Shown here piece by piece: positions 13,101 through 25,030 of a stretch of DNA of 64,000 nucleotides. Source of the stretch: Rhynchopus sp. YZ270_cl-10. Taxonomy: Eukaryota. The position numbers and the translations under genes are program-made. Where the stretch lies: assembly GCA_964035575.1 (NCBI GenBank), contig OZ037833.1, positions 1,364,001-1,428,000 of the forward strand, given 5' to 3'. The notes below the pieces were generated by a model. It was not told the origin of the DNA and did not search any database. It saw only the letters and a list, made by a program, of their open reading frames with translations. Each line of letters opens with the position of its first letter. Position 1 is the stretch's first letter.

Positions 13101-16100
13101 CTTAGCTCCTTAGCTCCTTAGCTCCTTAGCTCCTTAGCTCCTTAGCTCCTTAGCTCCTTAGCTCCTTAGCTCCTTAGCTCCTTAGCTCCTTAGCTCCTTA
13201 GCTCCTTAGCTCCTTAGCTCCTTAGCTCCTTAGCTCCTTAGCTCCTTAGCTCCTTAGCTCCTTAGCTCCTTAGCTCCTTAGCTCCTTAGCTCCTTAGCTC
13301 CTTAGCTCCTTAGCTCCTTAGCTCCTTAGCTCCTTAGCTCCTTAGCTCCTTAGCTCCTTAGCTCCTTAGCTCCTTAGCTCCTTAGCTCCTTAGCTCCTTA
13401 GCTCCTTAGCTCCTTAGCTCCTTAGCTCCTTAGCTCCTTAGCTCCTTAGCTCCTTAGCTCCTTAGCTCCTTAGCTCCTTAGCTCCTTAGCTCCTTAGCTC
13501 CTTAGCTCCTTAGCTCCTTAGCTCCTTAGCTCCTTAGCTCCTTAGCTCCTTAGCTCCTTAGCTCCTTAGCTCCTTAGCTCCTTAGCTCCTTAGCTCCTTA
13601 GCTCCTTAGCTCCTTAGCTCCTTAGCTCCTTAGCTCCTTAGCTCCTTAGCTCCTTAGCTCCTTAGCTCCTTAGCTCCTTAGCTCCTTAGCTCCTTAGCTC
13701 CTTAGCTCCTTAGCTCCTTAGCTCCTTAGCTCCTTAGCTCCTTAGCTCCTTAGCTCCTTAGCTCCTTAGCTCCTTAGCTCCTTAGCTCCTTAGCTCCTTA
13801 GCTCCTTAGCTCCTTAGCTCCTTAGCTCCTTAGCTCCTTAGCTCCTTAGCTCCTTAGCTCCTTAGCTCCTTAGCTCCTTAGCTCCTTAGCTCCTTAGCTC
13901 CTTAGCTCCTTAGCTCCTTAGCTCCTTAGCTCCTTAGCTCCTTAGCTCCTTAGCTCCTTAGCTCCTTAGCTCCTTAGCTCCTTAGCTCCTTAGCTCCTTA
14001 GCTCCTTAGCTCCTTAGCTCCTTAGCTCCTTAGCTCCTTAGCTCCTTAGCTCCTTAGCTCCTTAGCTCCTTAGCTCCTTAGCTCCTTAGCTCCTTAGCTC
14101 CTTAGCTCCTTAGCTCCTTAGCTCCTTAGCTCCTTAGCTCCTTAGCTCCTTAGCTCCTTAGCTCCTTAGCTCCTTAGCTCCTTAGCTCCTTAGCTCCTTA
14201 GCTCCTTAGCTCCTTAGCTCCTTAGCTCCTTAGCTCCTTAGCTCCTTAGCTCCTTAGCTCCTTAGCTCCTTAGCTCCTTAGCTCCTTAGCTCCTTAGCTC
14301 CTTAGCTCCTTAGCTCCTTAGCTCCTTAGCTCCTTAGCTCCTTAGCTCCTTAGCTCCTTAGCTCCTTAGCTCCTTAGCTCCTTAGCTCCTTAGCTCCTTA
14401 GCTCCTTAGCTCCTTAGCTCCTTAGCTCCTTAGCTCCTTAGCTCCTTAGCTCCTTAGCTCCTTAGCTCCTTAGCTCCTTAGCTCCTTAGCTCCTTAGCTC
14501 CTTAGCTCCTTAGCTCCTTAGCTCCTTAGCTCCTTAGCTCCTTAGCTCCTTAGCTCCTTAGCTCCTTAGCTCCTTAGCTCCTTAGCTCCTTAGCTCCTTA
14601 GCTCCTTAGCTCCTTAGCTCCTTAGCTCCTTAGCTCCTTAGCTCCTTAGCTCCTTAGCTCCTTAGCTCCTTAGCTCCTTAGCTCCTTAGCTCCTTAGCTC
14701 CTTAGCTCCTTAGCTCCTTAGCTCCTTAGCTCCTTAGCTCCTTAGCTCCTTAGCTCCTTAGCTCCTTAGCTCCTTAGCTCCTTAGCTCCTTAGCTCCTTA
14801 GCTCCTTAGCTCCTTAGCTCCTTAGCTCCTTAGCTCCTTAGCTCCTTAGCTCCTTAGCTCCTTAGCTCCTTAGCTCCTTAGCTCCTTAGCTCCTTAGCTC
14901 CTTAGCTCCTTAGCTCCTTAGCTCCTTAGCTCCTTAGCTCCTTAGCTCCTTAGCTCCTTAGCTCCTTAGCTCCTTAGCTCCTTAGCTCCTTAGCTCCTTA
15001 GCTCCTTAGCTCCTTAGCTCCTTAGCTCCTTAGCTCCTTAGCTCCTTAGCTCCTTAGCTCCTTAGCTCCTTAGCTCCTTAGCTCCTTAGCTCCTTAGCTC
15101 CTTAGCTCCTTAGCTCCTTAGCTCCTTAGCTCCTTAGCTCCTTAGCTCCTTAGCTCCTTAGCTCCTTAGCTCCTTAGCTCCTTAGCTCCTTAGCTCCTTA
15201 GCTCCTTAGCTCCTTAGCTCCTTAGCTCCTTAGCTCCTTAGCTCCTTAGCTCCTTAGCTCCTTAGCTCCTTAGCTCCTTAGCTCCTTAGCTCCTTAGCTC
15301 CTTAGCTCCTTAGCTCCTTAGCTCCTTAGCTCCTTAGCTCCTTAGCTCCTTAGCTCCTTAGCTCCTTAGCTCCTTAGCTCCTTAGCTCCTTAGCTCCTTA
15401 GCTCCTTAGCTCCTTAGCTCCTTAGCTCCTTAGCTCCTTAGCTCCTTAGCTCCTTAGCTCCTTAGCTCCTTAGCTCCTTAGCTCCTTAGCTCCTTAGCTC
15501 CTTAGCTCCTTAGCTCCTTAGCTCCTTAGCTCCTTAGCTCCTTAGCTCCTTAGCTCCTTAGCTCCTTAGCTCCTTAGCTCCTTAGCTCCTTAGCTCCTTA
15601 GCTCCTTAGCTCCTTAGCTCCTTAGCTCCTTAGCTCCTTAGCTCCTTAGCTCCTTAGCTCCTTAGCTCCTTAGCTCCTTAGCTCCTTAGCTCCTTAGCTC
15701 CTTAGCTCCTTAGCTCCTTAGCTCCTTAGCTCCTTAGCTCCTTAGCTCCTTAGCTCCTTAGCTCCTTAGCTCCTTAGCTCCTTAGCTCCTTAGCTCCTTA
15801 GCTCCTTAGCTCCTTAGCTCCTTAGCTCCTTAGCTCCTTAGCTCCTTAGCTCCTTAGCTCCTTAGCTCCTTAGCTCCTTAGCTCCTTAGCTCCTTAGCTC
15901 CTTAGCTCCTTAGCTCCTTAGCTCCTTAGCTCCTTAGCTCCTTAGCTCCTTAGCTCCTTAGCTCCTTAGCTCCTTAGCTCCTTAGCTCCTTAGCTCCTTA
16001 GCTCCTTAGCTCCTTAGCTCCTTAGCTCCTTAGCTCCTTAGCTCCTTAGCTCCTTAGCTCCTTAGCTCCTTAGCTCCTTAGCTCCTTAGCTCCTTAGCTC

Positions 16101-19100
16101 CTTAGCTCCTTAGCTCCTTAGCTCCTTAGCTCCTTAGCTCCTTAGCTCCTTAGCTCCTTAGCTCCTTAGCTCCTTAGCTCCTTAGCTCCTTAGCTCCTTA
16201 GCTCCTTAGCTCCTTAGCTCCTTAGCTCCTTAGCTCCTTAGCTCCTTAGCTCCTTAGCTCCTTAGCTCCTTAGCTCCTTAGCTCCTTAGCTCCTTAGCTC
16301 CTTAGCTCCTTAGCTCCTTAGCTCCTTAGCTCCTTAGCTCCTTAGCTCCTTAGCTCCTTAGCTCCTTAGCTCCTTAGCTCCTTAGCTCCTTAGCTCCTTA
16401 GCTCCTTAGCTCCTTAGCTCCTTAGCTCCTTAGCTCCTTAGCTCCTTAGCTCCTTAGCTCCTTAGCTCCTTAGCTCCTTAGCTCCTTAGCTCCTTAGCTC
16501 CTTAGCTCCTTAGCTCCTTAGCTCCTTAGCTCCTTAGCTCCTTAGCTCCTTAGCTCCTTAGCTCCTTAGCTCCTTAGCTCCTTAGCTCCTTAGCTCCTTA
16601 GCTCCTTAGCTCCTTAGCTCCTTAGCTCCTTAGCTCCTTAGCTCCTTAGCTCCTTAGCTCCTTAGCTCCTTAGCTCCTTAGCTCCTTAGCTCCTTAGCTC
16701 CTTAGCTCCTTAGCTCCTTAGCTCCTTAGCTCCTTAGCTCCTTAGCTCCTTAGCTCCTTAGCTCCTTAGCTCCTTAGCTCCTTAGCTCCTTAGCTCCTTA
16801 GCTCCTTAGCTCCTTAGCTCCTTAGCTCCTTAGCTCCTTAGCTCCTTAGCTCCTTAGCTCCTTAGCTCCTTAGCTCCTTAGCTCCTTAGCTCCTTAGCTC
16901 CTTAGCTCCTTAGCTCCTTAGCTCCTTAGCTCCTTAGCTCCTTAGCTCCTTAGCTCCTTAGCTCCTTAGCTCCTTAGCTCCTTAGCTCCTTAGCTCCTTA
17001 GCTCCTTAGCTCCTTAGCTCCTTAGCTCCTTAGCTCCTTAGCTCCTTAGCTCCTTAGCTCCTTAGCTCCTTAGCTCCTTAGCTCCTTAGCTCCTTAGCTC
17101 CTTAGCTCCTTAGCTCCTTAGCTCCTTAGCTCCTTAGCTCCTTAGCTCCTTAGCTCCTTAGCTCCTTAGCTCCTTAGCTCCTTAGCTCCTTAGCTCCTTA
17201 GCTCCTTAGCTCCTTAGCTCCTTAGCTCCTTAGCTCCTTAGCTCCTTAGCTCCTTAGCTCCTTAGCTCCTTAGCTCCTTAGCTCCTTAGCTCCTTAGCTC
17301 CTTAGCTCCTTAGCTCCTTAGCTCCTTAGCTCCTTAGCTCCTTAGCTCCTTAGCTCCTTAGCTCCTTAGCTCCTTAGCTCCTTAGCTCCTTAGCTCCTTA
17401 GCTCCTTAGCTCCTTAGCTCCTTAGCTCCTTAGCTCCTTAGCTCCTTAGCTCCTTAGCTCCTTAGCTCCTTAGCTCCTTAGCTCCTTAGCTCCTTAGCTC
17501 CTTAGCTCCTTAGCTCCTTAGCTCCTTAGCTCCTTAGCTCCTTAGCTCCTTAGCTCCTTAGCTCCTTAGCTCCTTAGCTCCTTAGCTCCTTAGCTCCTTA
17601 GCTCCTTAGCTCCTTAGCTCCTTAGCTCCTTAGCTCCTTAGCTCCTTAGCTCCTTAGCTCCTTAGCTCCTTAGCTCCTTAGCTCCTTAGCTCCTTAGCTC
17701 CTTAGCTCCTTAGCTCCTTAGCTCCTTAGCTCCTTAGCTCCTTAGCTCCTTAGCTCCTTAGCTCCTTAGCTCCTTAGCTCCTTAGCTCCTTAGCTCCTTA
17801 GCTCCTTAGCTCCTTAGCTCCTTAGCTCCTTAGCTCCTTAGCTCCTTAGCTCCTTAGCTCCTTAGCTCCTTAGCTCCTTAGCTCCTTAGCTCCTTAGCTC
17901 CTTAGCTCCTTAGCTCCTTAGCTCCTTAGCTCCTTAGCTCCTTAGCTCCTTAGCTCCTTAGCTCCTTAGCTCCTTAGCTCCTTAGCTCCTTAGCTCCTTA
18001 GCTCCTTAGCTCCTTAGCTCCTTAGCTCCTTAGCTCCTTAGCTCCTTAGCTCCTTAGCTCCTTAGCTCCTTAGCTCCTTAGCTCCTTAGCTCCTTAGCTC
18101 CTTAGCTCCTTAGCTCCTTAGCTCCTTAGCTCCTTAGCTCCTTAGCTCCTTAGCTCCTTAGCTCCTTAGCTCCTTAGCTCCTTAGCTCCTTAGCTCCTTA
18201 GCTCCTTAGCTCCTTAGCTCCTTAGCTCCTTAGCTCCTTAGCTCCTTAGCTCCTTAGCTCCTTAGCTCCTTAGCTCCTTAGCTCCTTAGCTCCTTAGCTC
18301 CTTAGCTCCTTAGCTCCTTAGCTCCTTAGCTCCTTAGCTCCTTAGCTCCTTAGCTCCTTAGCTCCTTAGCTCCTTAGCTCCTTAGCTCCTTAGCTCCTTA
18401 GCTCCTTAGCTCCTTAGCTCCTTAGCTCCTTAGCTCCTTAGCTCCTTAGCTCCTTAGCTCCTTAGCTCCTTAGCTCCTTAGCTCCTTAGCTCCTTAGCTC
18501 CTTAGCTCCTTAGCTCCTTAGCTCCTTAGCTCCTTAGCTCCTTAGCTCCTTAGCTCCTTAGCTCCTTAGCTCCTTAGCTCCTTAGCTCCTTAGCTCCTTA
18601 GCTCCTTAGCTCCTTAGCTCCTTAGCTCCTTAGCTCCTTAGCTCCTTAGCTCCTTAGCTCCTTAGCTCCTTAGCTCCTTAGCTCCTTAGCTCCTTAGCTC
18701 CTTAGCTCCTTAGCTCCTTAGCTCCTTAGCTCCTTAGCTCCTTAGCTCCTTAGCTCCTTAGCTCCTTAGCTCCTTAGCTCCTTAGCTCCTTAGCTCCTTA
18801 GCTCCTTAGCTCCTTAGCTCCTTAGCTCCTTAGCTCCTTAGCTCCTTAGCTCCTTAGCTCCTTAGCTCCTTAGCTCCTTAGCTCCTTAGCTCCTTAGCTC
18901 CTTAGCTCCTTAGCTCCTTAGCTCCTTAGCTCCTTAGCTCCTTAGCTCCTTAGCTCCTTAGCTCCTTAGCTCCTTAGCTCCTTAGCTCCTTAGCTCCTTA
19001 GCTCCTTAGCTCCTTAGCTCCTTAGCTCCTTAGCTCCTTAGCTCCTTAGCTCCTTAGCTCCTTAGCTCCTTAGCTCCTTAGCTCCTTAGCTCCTTAGCTC

Positions 19101-22003
19101 CTTAGCTCCTTAGCTCCTTAGCTCCTTAGCTCCTTAGCTCCTTAGCTCCTTAGCTCCTTAGCTCCTTAGCTCCTTAGCTCCTTAGCTCCTTAGCTCCTTA
19201 GCTCCTTAGCTCCTTAGCTCCTTAGCTCCTTAGCTCCTTAGCTCCTTAGCTCCTTAGCTCCTTAGCTCCTTAGCTCCTTAGCTCCTTAGCTCCTTAGCTC
19301 CTTAGCTCCTTAGCTCCTTAGCTCCTTAGCTCCTTAGCTCCTTAGCTCCTTAGCTCCTTAGCTCCTTAGCTCCTTAGCTCCTTAGCTCCTTAGCTCCTTA
19401 GCTCCTTAGCTCCTTAGCTCCTTAGCTCCTTAGCTCCTTAGCTCCTTAGCTCCTTAGCTCCTTAGCTCCTTAGCTCCTTAGCTCCTTAGCTCCTTAGCTC
19501 CTTAGCTCCTTAGCTCCTTAGCTCCTTAGCTCCTTAGCTCCTTAGCTCCTTAGCTCCTTAGCTCCTTAGCTCCTTAGCTCCTTAGCTCCTTAGCTCCTTA
19601 GCTCCTTAGCTCCTTAGCTCCTTAGCTCCTTAGCTCCTTAGCTCCTTAGCTCCTTAGCTCCTTAGCTCCTTAGCTCCTTAGCTCCTTAGCTCCTTAGCTC
19701 CTTAGCTCCTTAGCTCCTTAGCTCCTTAGCTCCTTAGCTCCTTAGCTCCTTAGCTCCTTAGCTCCTTAGCTCCTTAGCTCCTTAGCTCCTTAGCTCCTTA
19801 GCTCCTTAGCTCCTTAGCTCCTTAGCTCCTTAGCTCCTTAGCTCCTTAGCTCCTTAGCTCCTTAGCTCCTTAGCTCCTTAGCTCCTTAGCTCCTTAGCTC
19901 CTTAGCTCCTTAGCTCCTTAGCTCCTTAGCTCCTTAGCTCCTTAGCTCCTTAGCTCCTTAGCTCCTTAGCTCCTTAGCTCCTTAGCTCCTTAGCTCCTTA
20001 GCTCCTTAGCTCCTTAGCTCCTTAGCTCCTTAGCTCCTTAGCTCCTTAGCTCCTTAGCTCCTTAGCTCCTTAGCTCCTTAGCTCCTTAGCTCCTTAGCTC
20101 CTTAGCTCCTTAGCTCCTTAGCTCCTTAGCTCCTTAGCTCCTTAGCTCCTTAGCTCCTTAGCTCCTTAGCTCCTTAGCTCCTTAGCTCCTTAGCTCCTTA
20201 GCTCCTTAGCTCCTTAGCTCCTTAGCTCCTTAGCTCCTTAGCTCCTTAGCTCCTTAGCTCCTTAGCTCCTTAGCTCCTTAGCTCCTTAGCTCCTTAGCTC
20301 CTTAGCTCCTTAGCTCCTTAGCTCCTTAGCTCCTTAGCTCCTTAGCTCCTTAGCTCCTTAGCTCCTTAGCTCCTTAGCTCCTTAGCTCCTTAGCTCCTTA
20401 GCTCCTTAGCTCCTTAGCTCCTTAGCTCCTTAGCTCCTTAGCTCCTTAGCTCCTTAGCTCCTTAGCTCCTTAGCTCCTTAGCTCCTTAGCTCCTTAGCTC
20501 CTTAGCTCCTTAGCTCCTTAGCTCCTTAGCTCCTTAGCTCCTTAGCTCCTTAGCTCCTTAGCTCCTTAGCTCCTTAGCTCCTTAGCTCCTTAGCTCCTTA
20601 GCTCCTTAGCTCCTTAGCTCCTTAGCTCCTTAGCTCCTTAGCTCCTTAGCTCCTTAGCTCCTTAGCTCCTTAGCTCCTTAGCTCCTTAGCTCCTTAGCTC
20701 CTTAGCTCCTTAGCTCCTTAGCTCCTTAGCTCCTTAGCTCCTTAGCTCCTTAGCTCCTTAGCTCCTTAGCTCCTTAGCTCCTTAGCTCCTTAGCTCCTTA
20801 GCTCCTTAGCTCCTTAGCTCCTTAGCTCCTTAGCTCCTTAGCTCCTTAGCTCCTTAGCTCCTTAGCTCCTTAGCTCCTTAGCTCCTTAGCTCCTTAGCTC
20901 CTTAGCTCCTTAGCTCCTTAGCTCCTTAGCTCCTTAGCTCCTTAGCTCCTTAGCTCCTTAGCTCCTTAGCTCCTTAGCTCCTTAGCTCCTTAGCTCCTTA
21001 GCTCCTTAGCTCCTTAGCTCCTTAGCTCCTTAGCTCCTTAGCTCCTTAGCTCCTTAGCTCCTTAGCTCCTTAGCTCCTTAGCTCCTTAGCTCCTTAGCTC
21101 CTTAGCTCCTTAGCTCCTTAGCTCCTTAGCTCCTTAGCTCCTTAGCTCCTTAGCTCCTTAGCTCCTTAGCTCCTTAGCTCCTTAGCTCCTTAGCTCCTTA
21201 GCTCCTTAGCTCCTTAGCTCCTTAGCTCCTTAGCTCCTTAGCTCCTTAGCTCCTTAGCTCCTTAGCTCCTTAGCTCCTTAGCTCCTTAGCTCCTTAGCTC
21301 CTTAGCTCCTTAGCTCCTTAGCTCCTTAGCTCCTTAGCTCCTTAGCTCCTTAGCTCCTTAGCTCCTTAGCTCCTTAGCTCCTTAGCTCCTTAGCTCCTTA
21401 GCTCCTTAGCTCCTTAGCTCCTTAGCTCCTTAGCTCCTTAGCTCCTTAGCTCCTTAGCTCCTTAGCTCCTTAGCTCCTTAGCTCCTTAGCTCCTTAGCTC
21501 CTTAGCTCCTTAGCTCCTTAGCTCCTTAGCTCCTTAGCTCCTTAGCTCCTTAGCTCCTTAGCTCCTTAGCTCCTTAGCTCCTTAGCTCCTTAGCTCCTTA
21601 GCTCCTTAGCTCCTTAGCTCCTTAGCTCCTTAGCTCCTTAGCTCCTTAGCTCCTTAGCTCCTTAGCTCCTTAGCTCCTTAGCTCCTTAGCTCCTTAGCTC
21701 CTTAGCTCCTTAGCTCCTTAGCTCCTTAGCTCCTTAGCTCCTTAGCTCCTTAGCTCCTTAGCTCCTTAGCTCCTTAGCTCCTTAGCTCCTTAGCTCCTTA
21801 GCTCCTTAGCTCCTTAGCTCCTTAGCTCCTTAGCTCCTTAGCTCCTTAGCTCCTTAGCTCCTTAGCTCCTTAGCTCCTTAGCTCCTTAGCTCCTTAGCTC
21901 CTTAGCTCCTTAGCTCCTTAGCTCCTTAGCTCCTTAGCTCCTTAGCTCCTTAGCTCCTTAGCTCCTTAGCTCCTTAGCTCCTTAGCTCCTTAGCTCCTTA
22001 GCT
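7152..22003. repeat. (GCTCCTTA)n 8-bp satellite, ~14.85 kb, ~1850 units
   Basis: Directly visible; no interruption noticed. Confidence 0.99.
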
Positions 22004-22074
22004 TGATATGTATGGGGAAGAGTTCTGATCATATTTGCTGTCTTACTGTCTCTGTCTGTCTGACACCTTACCAA

Positions 22075-22247
22075 AAACCTGACTTACATGTTTATTTGTT
22101 CACAAAATTCCCTGGGTTAATAACCATGTAAGTCAGGTTTTTCATAACCATGTAAGTCAGGTTAGGACTACAACAGGTTCATAAACCCAACCTGACTTAC
22201 ATGTTTATTTCTTCACAAAATTCCCAGTAAATAAACATGTAAGTCAG
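22075..22247. repeat. Palindromic cluster of CCTGACTTACATG motifs (also 54337-54605)
   Basis: Alternating CTGACTTACATG / CATGTAAGTCAG. Confidence 0.85.
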
Positions 22248-22299
22248 TATGGCCGGTGCGCTGGTCAGAGGTAATATGATCATCAGGTTTGCGGGCCGA

Positions 22300-22700
22300 C
22301 CCCCTGTGCGCCCGATTAGGAATCCCCCTGTGCGCCCGGTTAGCTTTACCCCCCTGTGCGCCCGATTAGGAATATCCCCCTGTGCGCCCGATAAGCTTAC
22401 CCCCCTGTGCGCCCGATTAGGAACCCCCCTGTGCGCCCGATTAGCTTACCCCCCTGTGCGCCCGATTAGGGACCCCCCTGTGCGCCCGGTTAGCTTTACC
22501 CCCCTGTGCGCCCGATTAGGAATATCCCCCTGTGCGCCCGATAAGCTTACCCCCCTGTGCGCCCGATTAGGAACCCCCCTGTGCGCCCGATTAGCTTACC
22601 CCCCTGTGCGCCCGATTAGGGACCCCCCTGTGCGCCCGGTTAGCTTTACCCCCCTGTGCGCCCGATTAGGAATATCCCCCTGTGCGCCCGATTAGGAACC
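22300..22700 (+). repeat. ~25-bp CCCCCTGTGCGCCCGATTAG minisatellite with a 150-bp higher-order period
   Basis: ~16 units here versus ~4 in the inverted copy at 54190-54285. Confidence 0.95.
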
Positions 22701-23196
22701 ACTCTGTGCACCTACCTAGTCACTGTGACCAGGTGCCCCTACTAATATGCCTTACCAATATGGCCTGGGCTGTGTGGTATGTCGGGTGTACTACATGCTG
22801 GGACCTAAAGAGGAACCACATGCTGGAACACGGCTTTAAGCCCCCACCCATTTCAGCTGTGGTTCCTACTGTGCCCAGTCACTGTGACCAGGTGCCTGGT
22901 CAGATCTGACCAGGTACCCTTACTAATATGCCTGACCAATATGGCCAGGGGTGGTATGTCGGGTGCACAAGGGAGTTTCACGATGGGTTATCTTATGCAC
23001 AGGTACAGTGGATGTAGAAAACCCACAAACCCATTGTGTGTGGGTTTTCTGGCATAGGACTGTATGGAAAGTGCACGGGTCCACCACAGTACAACCAGTC
23101 ATGCACCAAGGGACACTGGCTGTTTTATCAATTTTTGAACTTTTTTAGACACTGCCAAACCTTCTCCATAATCTGAGATCTTGGGAAACAAGATAA

Positions 23197-23268
23197 GCTC
23201 GCGTGGCGCAATGGAAGCGCGTCGGTTCCCGACGCCGGAGGTTGCGGGTTCGATCCCCGCCGCGAGTA
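23197..23268 (+). tRNA. tRNA-Arg(CCG), atypical anticodon loop TC-CCG-AC (C33)
   Basis: Cloverleaf GCTCGCG/CGCGAGT, A and B boxes, T-run after. Confidence 0.8.
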
Positions 23269-23405
23269 CTTTTTGTTCATTCCAAAATATTTTTAGATTT
23301 CCTCCTTCTCAGAGATTTCTTGTCACAAAACTTTGCCAAATTGAAAATTCAGAAATATGAAAATATCAAAAAACAGCTCCGAAATTTGAAAGCAATCAAA
23401 AAGGA

Positions 23406-23477
23406 TTCCCCCTCCGGGGTTTGAACCCGGGTCGCCTGGGTGAAAGCCAGGTATACTAACCACTGTACTAAAGGGGA
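23406..23477 (-). tRNA. tRNA-Glu(TTC)
   Basis: Cloverleaf, loop CT-TTC-AC. Confidence 0.95.
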
Positions 23478-23574
23478 GGTGATACTTAGGCACAATCCAA
23501 AAAGGGTACTTTTGTGCAAGCTACACGGAGTTTCAAACGAAAAAAAAATTAAAAATGAAAATCCAAAAAGACAA

Positions 23575-23646
23575 GGGCTCGGCGGGGAATTGAACCCCGG
23601 ACCTCTCGCACCCTAAGCGAGAATCATGCCACTAGACCACCGAGCC
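23575..23646 (-). tRNA. tRNA-Pro(AGG)
   Basis: Cloverleaf, loop TT-AGG-GT. Confidence 0.95.
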
Positions 23647-23760
23647 ACGAATTCTCTCGCATTCTCTTCGTAACGCGGCCATAAATTTCCATCATTCCTT
23701 GTGTGTGTTTTCGTTTTGAATAAGGTCCCCATGTAAATGCTGTCTTCGCTAACAATCAGA

Positions 23761-23833
23761 TCCTCCTTGGCGCAGTCGGTAGCGCGTCAGGCTGTTAACC
23801 TGCAGGTCGTTGGTTCGAACCCAACAGGAGGAG
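23761..23833 (+). tRNA. tRNA-Asn(GTT)
   Basis: Cloverleaf, loop CT-GTT-AA. Confidence 0.95.
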
Positions 23834-24204
23834 ATTTTTCATTTTTTTGAGTTTTTGACTCAAAAACATGGGCAAAATGCCTTTATACCCTATCTAAGCA
23901 ATTAGAATGTGCTCTAAAATGCAAAAATCTTGGGAATATGGGGTTTTTGGGCACATCTGAGTTCATTGCGGGGTCGTACGATCAGATCTGAGCATCACAT
24001 AATGTCTAGAATTTTACAGGTGCAACAAACACCTGTATTTTGGTGTAACATGCATATAACCATATCTGAATACCTTAAATTTGCACGAAAATGCAAAAAT
24101 CTTGGGAATATGGGTTTTTTGAGCACATCTGAGTCAATTGCGGGGTCGTACGGTCAGATCCGAGCATCACACACTGTCTAACTGAGAAATATTTTGAAAA
24201 AAGT

Positions 24205-25030
24205 CGATTTTTTGGTGAAAATATTTTTCACAGAAAATCGAATTTTACTATTAAGATTGGCTTTGGGCATGACCCAGTAAGGTTACTATGGGCCCCATGG
24301 GACATATACACCCGAATACCAGGCCGTATTTTCAAAAAGTTGATAATCCCAGTATATGGTATGGCCCTGTGGTACGAAATTTTTGGCCGAAAAAATCGAC
24401 CAAAAAATCGTCATTTTTGGGGGTCACGGTGACAAAAAGTTGCATTTTTTCACGAAAAATGGTCGGAATGTGACTTGAATGGGCTCTAATGGGTATCGAC
24501 ATAATTTAGGTATATTATGCACATAACATACCTAAATTATGTCGATATTTCACCGGCGGAGCCGAAAAAATCGATTTTCAGGGTGTGCAAAACTGTAAAA
24601 ATGACGAAAATCGGAAAAATGACGATTTTTTGGTGAAAATATTTTTCACAGAAAATCGAATTTTACTATTAAGATTGGCTTTGGGCATGACCCAGTAAGG
24701 TTACTATGGGCCCCATGGGACATATACACCCGAATACCAGGCCGTATTTTCAAAAAGTTGATAATCCCAGTATATGGTATGGCCCTGTGGTACGAAATTT
24801 TTGGCCGAAAAAATCGACCAAAAAATCGTCATTTTTGGGGGTCACGGTGACAAAAAGTTGCATTTTTTCACGAAAAATGGTCGGAATGTGACTTGAATGG
24901 GCTCTAATGGGTATATTATGCACATAACATACCTAAATTATGTCGATATTTCACCGGCGGAGCCGAAAAAATCGATTTTCAGGGTGTGCAAAACTGTAAA
25001 AATCACCAAAATCCCAAAAATCACGATTTT
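24205..25030. repeat. ~401-418-bp tandem repeat, 2 copies (4 copies at 42960-44550)
   Basis: Identical MGPMGHIH ORFs spaced 418 bp here and 401 bp in the partner. Confidence 0.95.

Larger units (their letters stand above)
22073..23861. repeat. Segmental inverted repeat 1, left copy (partner ~53025-54511)
   Basis: Same tRNA quartet and mirrored ORFs (22951+/53738-, 23203+/53462-). Confidence 0.93.

Noticed and set aside
22300..22700. CRISPR-like repeat/spacer pattern
   Set aside because: The intervening sequences are short and themselves repeated; eukaryotic context; no cas genes.
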